The position numbers and the translations under genes are program-made. Shown here in pieces: positions 58,541-64,000 of a stretch of DNA of 64,000 bases (within the stretch, counting starts at the first letter, position 1; each line of letters opens with the position of its first letter). The DNA comes from Candidatus Poribacteria bacterium. Lineage in GTDB: Bacteria > Poribacteria > WGA-4E > WGA-3G. The DNA lies in NCBI GenBank assembly GCA_965197475.1, contig CBDANF010000003.1, positions 960,001 through 1,024,000 on the forward strand, in the 5' to 3' direction. Below the pieces are notes generated by a model that searched no databases, was not told where the DNA came from, and worked only from the letters and a program-made list of their open reading frames with translations.

Positions 58541-59389
58541 ATGTATCCAACGCTAATTGATTTCGGAACAATCTTTTCAATTCCTATCGGTATTCATAGC
58601 TACGGTGTCATGTTAGCGACTGCCTTCATTACTTGCAGCGTGGTTTTACAACGTGAATTGAATCGTAGAGGATTCCAAGGAGATGTTGCCACAACGATTG
58701 TTGCTGCGGGTGCTATCGGTGGGATTATCGGTGCGAAAATATACTTTGTGTTCCTTGATGGCAAAATAGAGGTAGACGAAATTTTCTCCCCGAGTGGATT
58801 AGTCTGGTACGGTGGATTAATCGGTGGCAGTGCAGCAGTCAGTTGGGTTATCCATCGTTCACCCAACCCGTTTCTACCGACCGTTGACATTATGGGTCCT
58901 CTTGTGTTGCTCGGATACGGCATTGGTCGCATCGGATGTCTGCTTGCTGGAGACGGTGACTACGGACCTCCCTCTGATGTTCCGTGGGCAATGGCATTTC
59001 CAAATGGAACTGTTCCAACAGATATACTTGTTCACCCCACACCTATCTATGAAACCTCAATGTCAGTTATATTTTTCGGTATCTTGTGGTCACAACGTCG
59101 GAAATTCGCGTCAATCCCAGGCTTACTTTTTGGTGCGAGTCTTGTTTTGCTGGCCGTGGAAAGGTTTATCGCAGAATTTTGGCGGCTTACGCCGCGAGCG
59201 TTTCCAGAATCATCACCTCTGTCGTGGTTAACATCACCGCAGGTCGTCAGTATAATTCTGTTCTGTTTTGGAATTGTCTTTATAAGGTGGATATATACGC
59301 GTCCGATAGTGGCAATGGAAGTTGAATCGCCAATTCCTGAACCTGAAAACGAAACGCCGCGTCCGCAGAAACGGAGACGGCGGCGGTGA
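58541..59389 (+). CDS. lgt: Prolipoprotein diacylglyceryl transferase
   Basis: WYGGLIGG, GRIGC, HPTPIYE, RFIAEFWR. Confidence 0.9.
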   Translation: MYPTLIDFGTIFSIPIGIHSYGVMLATAFITCSVVLQRELNRRGFQGDVATTIVAAGAIGGIIGAKIYFVFLDGKIEVDEIFSPSGLVWYGGLIGGSAAVSWVIHRSPNPFLPTVDIMGPLVLLGYGIGRIGCLLAGDGDYGPPSDVPWAMAFPNGTVPTDILVHPTPIYETSMSVIFFGILWSQRRKFASIPGLLFGASLVLLAVERFIAEFWRLTPRAFPESSPLSWLTSPQVVSIILFCFGIVFIRWIYTRPIVAMEVESPIPEPENETPRPQKRRRRR

Positions 59390-59441
59390 GTTAACTCGGT
59401 TTCGGCTTGTCAGCAGTCGGTTATCGGCTAAAAAGGGTTGT

Positions 59442-59810
59442 TTAGTCTAACTTATTCTTATTCGTCTTCGGCTGCCACGCGCGAATTAGTTCCGTTTCCA
59501 ATAATACCGTTTCCTCGGCATCTTCTGTGAATTCCACCGCAAATTGGACGATTCCTCCAAATAGCCGAAGTTGTGTATGTAGTTCAGGGTTTGTCGCTCT
59601 ATCGTAATGTTGCAACAAACGCCGCCGCACACAAGTTGTTGACTCCCCAACGTAGACACACTCATTTTGCCCCTCGGTCCCAGTTTTTCGCCATAACACG
59701 TACACACCGCTCTGTTCCTCTGGTAATTTCTGAATTTCTTCGCGCGTAAAAGGACGTAGGTTACGCTTTAGTTGATACTGTAAGACATAGGGTGTAACAG
59801 TGTCACGCAT
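59442..59810 (-). CDS. Stand-alone GIY-YIG nuclease domain protein
   Basis: GVY...YVGES...RRRLLQH...ETELI...P..N. Confidence 0.8.
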   Translation of the reverse strand: MRDTVTPYVLQYQLKRNLRPFTREEIQKLPEEQSGVYVLWRKTGTEGQNECVYVGESTTCVRRRLLQHYDRATNPELHTQLRLFGGIVQFAVEFTEDAEETVLLETELIRAWQPKTNKNKLD

Positions 59811-59852
59811 GAGACCGAATCCGTTAGTTGTTGGATAACACGTGCCTTGTGC

Positions 59853-62630
59853 CTACAAATTTTCGAATAATGTAATCGTCTGTGGTGAACCCATTGTTTC
59901 CGATATATATTGCCACTCTGTCACGAGGTTGTTGTAGTTTGATGCACTTTCTGCATCGCCACGTTTCTCATAGTAATCATACAACACACGCGCGAGACGT
60001 TTTGCCGATTCAAAATCGCGCATTGCACGTGCAACACCAGCACACCCCGAAATACCGTCGCTACCCTCTTCACCAGATAGATGCCACACCATCCTTAGAC
60101 ATCCTTCCCACGCTGTCATGTCTTCGCTATTTTCGCGCTCAGCATATTCTTCTTTTTTTAATAACCGAACCTTGCCACGTTGGCTGAGTAACACCTTATT
60201 GTGCATTGCTGCAATGCTCACATCTTTCGCTTTTGAGAGCGTTTCTGCATCTCCGAAATTACCTTCTGTGTAGTCGTGCTGCTGTAGCCATGTCAGACAA
60301 AACTGGCTTTCGGGATCAAGTTCGCCTGTCTCTTTTTCAAGGTAGGCGGCGATTTCGTTGTTGATATGCATGAGTACCTCACGTATCGGAACAATTTCAC
60401 CGTTAACCCGTATTACATTGCTGTAGCGAGAGTAGATCTCCATCCCCGGTCCAATAGCAGCTTGTGCCAAATCGACAGGTCTGATGTTTGCAATACGCGT
60501 GAGTCGCTCAAGTTCAGGTGGCATCTCTTTTTTCAATTCTTGTATAAATTCGTTGCGGGTGATGATGGGGGCATCTGCGGGGCGCGGACGGCATACAAGT
60601 ACAATGGAGGAGGCTAATGCGTTTATATTTGTCTTGACACCAGTCGTGCGCTCGGTGCGCAGCGGCCAGGTGCCAACTATCTGGAACCCCGCGTTGACAA
60701 TTGCCGAAAGCATTGTCTCCCAGCCTGTGGAGGTAGTCCCATCATGTTCCTCTTCCTGCTGCTTATAGGCATAGAAAATGGATGTGGGGAACTGTTCAGA
60801 ACAATGCTGCCGCATCTGTCCCAATGCCTTTCCTAACGAGCCTTCAAAGTGTTGTGCTGGGTTTTCAAACCGAGGCGCGGCAACAATTTCATCGTCCTTA
60901 GGTATCATTATACTGCTAAATAGCTCAGGAAAATTGTCACGGAGCAATGGACGTAGCCAAACGTAAAAGAAGTCGGACAGCTCGGCGTACTGGATATTGT
61001 TATAGTAGGGGGGATCCGTAACAAATATAGGTCTATCGGTAGCGTGCCGAGTCGTGGTTACATCTGCCTGATGCACTTCACCTACGTTCGCTGAAACTGG
61101 TAAATTCTCAATAGCCTTTGCAATCCACTGCATCTGTGCCATCCAATTTTGTGTTGAAGTGGAGAATAGATTGGTTTCAGCGAAGTCCCACGTCATCGGG
61201 ATCGCTTGGCGTGCAAAAACTGGGGGGACTTTTTCTCCCTGGTTTTCCCACCACGTAAAACTGCAACTGCTTTCAGCAGTTCTCCCAATTGCAAGTGCCA
61301 GGTAGGTTTGTACGGCATCTACATATTTATCTTCCACGCCAACTCGTCCAATCTGGGTGCGAACTTCAGACAACAATTCGCTGAAGGTATTTAGTGCTGT
61401 GAGTTGTCTCTCTGTGAAAAGTTGATGCCAGTGTGTAGTACCGTAACCTAAGCTGCTAATCTTTTGCGTATTTTTTATTCCTTGACTTGGTCGCCATTTA
61501 GGTTTAGCAGACAAAGCGATTTGGATATGTTCTTCAGTAGGAGATAAGTACAGTTTTCTGCGATCACCTTCAGCAACTACCGCAGCCATGATTTCACTCA
61601 TTTTGCCCGCTTTTCCTTGTTCGCGCACATATCCTAACGTTACGGCACTTTCACAAGCGATGCAAAAAGCACCATTTCTGTGAACAGTGCCATTCTGCGG
61701 GACACCATTATCATGCGTTTGCACAACCCACGAAATTGTCCTCGATTCTCGGTTAACAACCGGTTTTGCCCAATGCTCGTTGCCCTTCTTTTTTGACAAT
61801 TGAAAGGTCCGCATCAGTGGCATTTGGAGACCACAAGCAGGGTTACTACATGGCACTGTGCGTGCCCACAGCCACGCCACCACAGTCGCATCGGTGCCAT
61901 CTGGCAACGTTACTTTTGGGTAGAGGTGTCCGATACGTTTATATGCTTCTTCGCGCATCCACGCGCCATAGTAACGAATGTCGTCAGCTAAACCAGCAGT
62001 GCCTTTCCACGGCATGTCAGCAGATATGCCTGTCGGATCAGCATCTGGATTGATTGGTGCTTGATTGTGAAATTTTGGGGGCAATTCAATCATTGCTTTG
62101 GTAAGAAGAACGGGAAGTGGATTGAGATCGCTGCCACGTGCGCGTAATCCTAAGCGTTGTGCCTCAAGCGGAATAGATCCGCCACCACAAAACGGGTCAT
62201 AGACAGCGGGGCAGTGGTCATTGAGGTATTGCAGTACTGCCTTTGGATCGTTTTTATGTCTCTCACGAAAGGCATCAAGATTTTCACCATTATTGCGTGC
62301 AACAGAGTATGCAATTTCGTAACGTGCCTCTGCCAAGATATTCTCGTCATTGCTGTTTTTCCAGATGATGAGTCGTTTAATGATCTCGTGGAGGCGATTG
62401 CGTTCAGCATTCTGTTCAGATATGGTTGGAAATTCGCCAGTGCATTCGGATGGGTCATCTACCATACTGGCGAAGATTATAGATCTACATGCAGCGAGGG
62501 GACGGCGTGCCCAATAGCGGTGGAGCGTTGAGGGGTGTCCATGTGTTAGGGAAGCATCCTTTGCAGACTCTTTGTTAATATCTTGTAGCGGTATATCCAC
62601 CTCAATAAGTTTTTTTCGGTAAGTTGTCAT
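59853..62630 (-). CDS. DUF1156-domain adenine DNA methyltransferase
   Basis: KKLIEV, LHRYWARRPLAACR, DPFCGGGSIPLEAQRLG, TDPPYY. Confidence 0.9.
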   Translation of the reverse strand: MTTYRKKLIEVDIPLQDINKESAKDASLTHGHPSTLHRYWARRPLAACRSIIFASMVDDPSECTGEFPTISEQNAERNRLHEIIKRLIIWKNSNDENILAEARYEIAYSVARNNGENLDAFRERHKNDPKAVLQYLNDHCPAVYDPFCGGGSIPLEAQRLGLRARGSDLNPLPVLLTKAMIELPPKFHNQAPINPDADPTGISADMPWKGTAGLADDIRYYGAWMREEAYKRIGHLYPKVTLPDGTDATVVAWLWARTVPCSNPACGLQMPLMRTFQLSKKKGNEHWAKPVVNRESRTISWVVQTHDNGVPQNGTVHRNGAFCIACESAVTLGYVREQGKAGKMSEIMAAVVAEGDRRKLYLSPTEEHIQIALSAKPKWRPSQGIKNTQKISSLGYGTTHWHQLFTERQLTALNTFSELLSEVRTQIGRVGVEDKYVDAVQTYLALAIGRTAESSCSFTWWENQGEKVPPVFARQAIPMTWDFAETNLFSTSTQNWMAQMQWIAKAIENLPVSANVGEVHQADVTTTRHATDRPIFVTDPPYYNNIQYAELSDFFYVWLRPLLRDNFPELFSSIMIPKDDEIVAAPRFENPAQHFEGSLGKALGQMRQHCSEQFPTSIFYAYKQQEEEHDGTTSTGWETMLSAIVNAGFQIVGTWPLRTERTTGVKTNINALASSIVLVCRPRPADAPIITRNEFIQELKKEMPPELERLTRIANIRPVDLAQAAIGPGMEIYSRYSNVIRVNGEIVPIREVLMHINNEIAAYLEKETGELDPESQFCLTWLQQHDYTEGNFGDAETLSKAKDVSIAAMHNKVLLSQRGKVRLLKKEEYAERENSEDMTAWEGCLRMVWHLSGEEGSDGISGCAGVARAMRDFESAKRLARVLYDYYEKRGDAESASNYNNLVTEWQYISETMGSPQTITLFENL

Positions 62631-62638
62631 ATTGTCCG

Positions 62639-63502
62639 TTACTCGTGGAGCATTTGCGTGAAGGCTTCAATGCTTTGCACCTTCGCAGCAGCGAGAAGCA
62701 ACTGTTCAAGTCGATGCAAATCGTCTATATTTTGGAGAGTTGGTACTAAGGCATTGACTGCGTCTGCTGGCATTTTCAATTTTAGTAGTGCCAAGATGTG
62801 TTTAATAGTAGTTTCTCTGGCAGCTTTTTCCATTTGGCGTTGGTAAGTCTTAGATTCTCGCATAAGTTCCTCCGGTATGAGTCGTTCAAACAACTCAAAA
62901 TCATACACCACCCCGCCAAAGAGGTAGAGTGCATAAAGTAATTCTGATTGCGTTTGCTGGTCAACGGGAGCGGCATGCGTTGCATCAACGCATTCTCGCG
63001 TCCACTGTTCAATGCCCATCCCTGCCGGCGGTTTCATGAGCGGTGTAAACGGCAGGATACCTGGTGCATGCATCTCCAAAACAGCTTGCCCCTCTATCTC
63101 AATGAGTCGTATCACCTTATAGTGCAGGGTGTATGCGTACCCGCGCCAACTATATTCGTATATCCCGGTGTCATTTCTTCCTGCATTTGGATGGAAATAG
63201 ATGACGTTAGAGTAAACAGGTATTTCGTGTGTGCCAACGAGATACCCGTGGTACGCTGCGTTTCGTGCCCACATCGGTTTACGTGTGCTATCGCGAAGTT
63301 GCAATTCAATGTGTAAGATCGCTTCGCGATTGTCAACACGTATGCGCTTTGTGCTATCGGTGCGTTGTGCTATAACGATTTGTTGTTCAGAATCAATATT
63401 TTCAAGGACTTCAACATCTTTCATGCCGAGTACAAACTGTGAGATTTCGGTGGCAAAATCTGTCAAAAGGTCTTTTGCCATATTATCGTAGTCTTGTGCC
63501 AT
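62639..63502 (-). CDS. Rpn family / PD-(D/E)xK putative transposase
   Basis: YDNMAKDL, RTD...ILHIELQ, MRESKTYQ, C-terminal LEQLLLAA; start set at MAQDY. Confidence 0.82.
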   Translation of the reverse strand: MAQDYDNMAKDLLTDFATEISQFVLGMKDVEVLENIDSEQQIVIAQRTDSTKRIRVDNREAILHIELQLRDSTRKPMWARNAAYHGYLVGTHEIPVYSNVIYFHPNAGRNDTGIYEYSWRGYAYTLHYKVIRLIEIEGQAVLEMHAPGILPFTPLMKPPAGMGIEQWTRECVDATHAAPVDQQTQSELLYALYLFGGVVYDFELFERLIPEELMRESKTYQRQMEKAARETTIKHILALLKLKMPADAVNALVPTLQNIDDLHRLEQLLLAAAKVQSIEAFTQMLHE

Positions 63503-63508
63503 AGAGAT

Positions 63509-63537
63509 ATTGTATAGCAGCGTGTGTGAAAAGTCAA
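63509..63537 (-). promoter_or_regulatory. Sigma70 promoter, predicted leaderless transcript of rpn
   Basis: TTGACT-17 nt-TACAAT-6 nt-ATG, no SD. Confidence 0.65.
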
Positions 63538-63581
63538 GGTGAAAGAACGCCGCTTGTAAACGGTAATCGAACTTATACCAA

Positions 63582-63713
63582 CAGGACTTACGCATTTCCT
63601 CTTAAAGTCCCCCTGATAAGGGGGACTTAGGGGGTTAAAATACCAAAATTCTGCTTATTTAACTCCCCTAACCCCCCTAACCCCCCTTATCAAAGGGGAA
63701 TGCGTCCGTCCTG
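63582..63713. repeat. MITE-like palindromic element
   Basis: Ends CAGGACTTACGCATT / AATGCGTCCGTCCTG (13/15 inverted match), internal C-run/G-run hairpins. Confidence 0.55.
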
Positions 63714-63823
63714 ACCAAATTAACTTGATCCTACTCGGTAGGTGGGGTTTCTAACCGCACCCCATACTTAAGAAAAACAAGATTAATCAGGTTAATTCAG
63801 GATTATATGGCCCTCCTGTGTTT

Positions 63824-64000
63824 CTAATCGCTTTTGAATTCGGCATCAATATGTTCGCTGTTCAATTTTACAGAGCGGGTAGTGTTTTCCGAAAACCCTT
63901 CGGATTTATCAGCGGTAACAACGATTTCGATCTTTACTCCACCGCCATCGGCTTGCAGCGTACGCACAATTTCGTCTTGGATTACTCCAATCTCGTCAGC
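63824..64000 (-). CDS. Partial CDS (3' end), resembling DUF499 ATPase C-terminus
   Basis: ADEIGVIQDEIVRTLQADGGGVKIEIVVTADKSEGFSENTTRSVKLNSEHIDAEFKSD*; upstream of a DUF1156 gene. Confidence 0.6.
   Translation of the reverse strand, partial: ADEIGVIQDEIVRTLQADGGGVKIEIVVTADKSEGFSENTTRSVKLNSEHIDAEFKSD

Noticed and set aside
1-64000. tRNA or rRNA genes
   Set aside because: No cloverleaf/T-loop or rRNA signatures recognised by eye; a tRNAscan run would be needed to exclude them

Overview
Bacterial chromosomal window. The secreted WD40-dockerin proteins, C-type lectin proteins, membrane-anchored ECF sigma factor and giant TPR protein suggest Candidatus Poribacteria or a similar lineage (inference only). 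It has two defence-like loci. At 0.3-12.6 kb, a Type III-like R-M pair (mod/res) is split by a RAYT transposase with REPs, two ATPase+PIN gene pairs and a WD40 gene, and is preceded by an Rpn nuclease. At 59.4-64 kb there is a DUF499-like/Rpn/DUF1156 methyltransferase/GIY-YIG block. Between them lie a rhodanese-MoeB gene that reads through an in-frame TGA at a conserved Cys (probable selenoprotein), pyrD-pyrB, an ECF-sigma/lectin cluster, IS5/IS1/IS982/ISAs1 elements, three tandem ~2.36 kb units encoding secreted WD40-dockerin proteins whose differences cluster in the C-terminal blades, and housekeeping genes (rplU, rpmA, guaA, dprA, livG/F, lgt). Best candidates for novel systems are the blade-shuffling WD40 array and the duplicated ATPase-PIN module nested in the R-M locus. 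All product calls come from motif recognition; no database searches were run.
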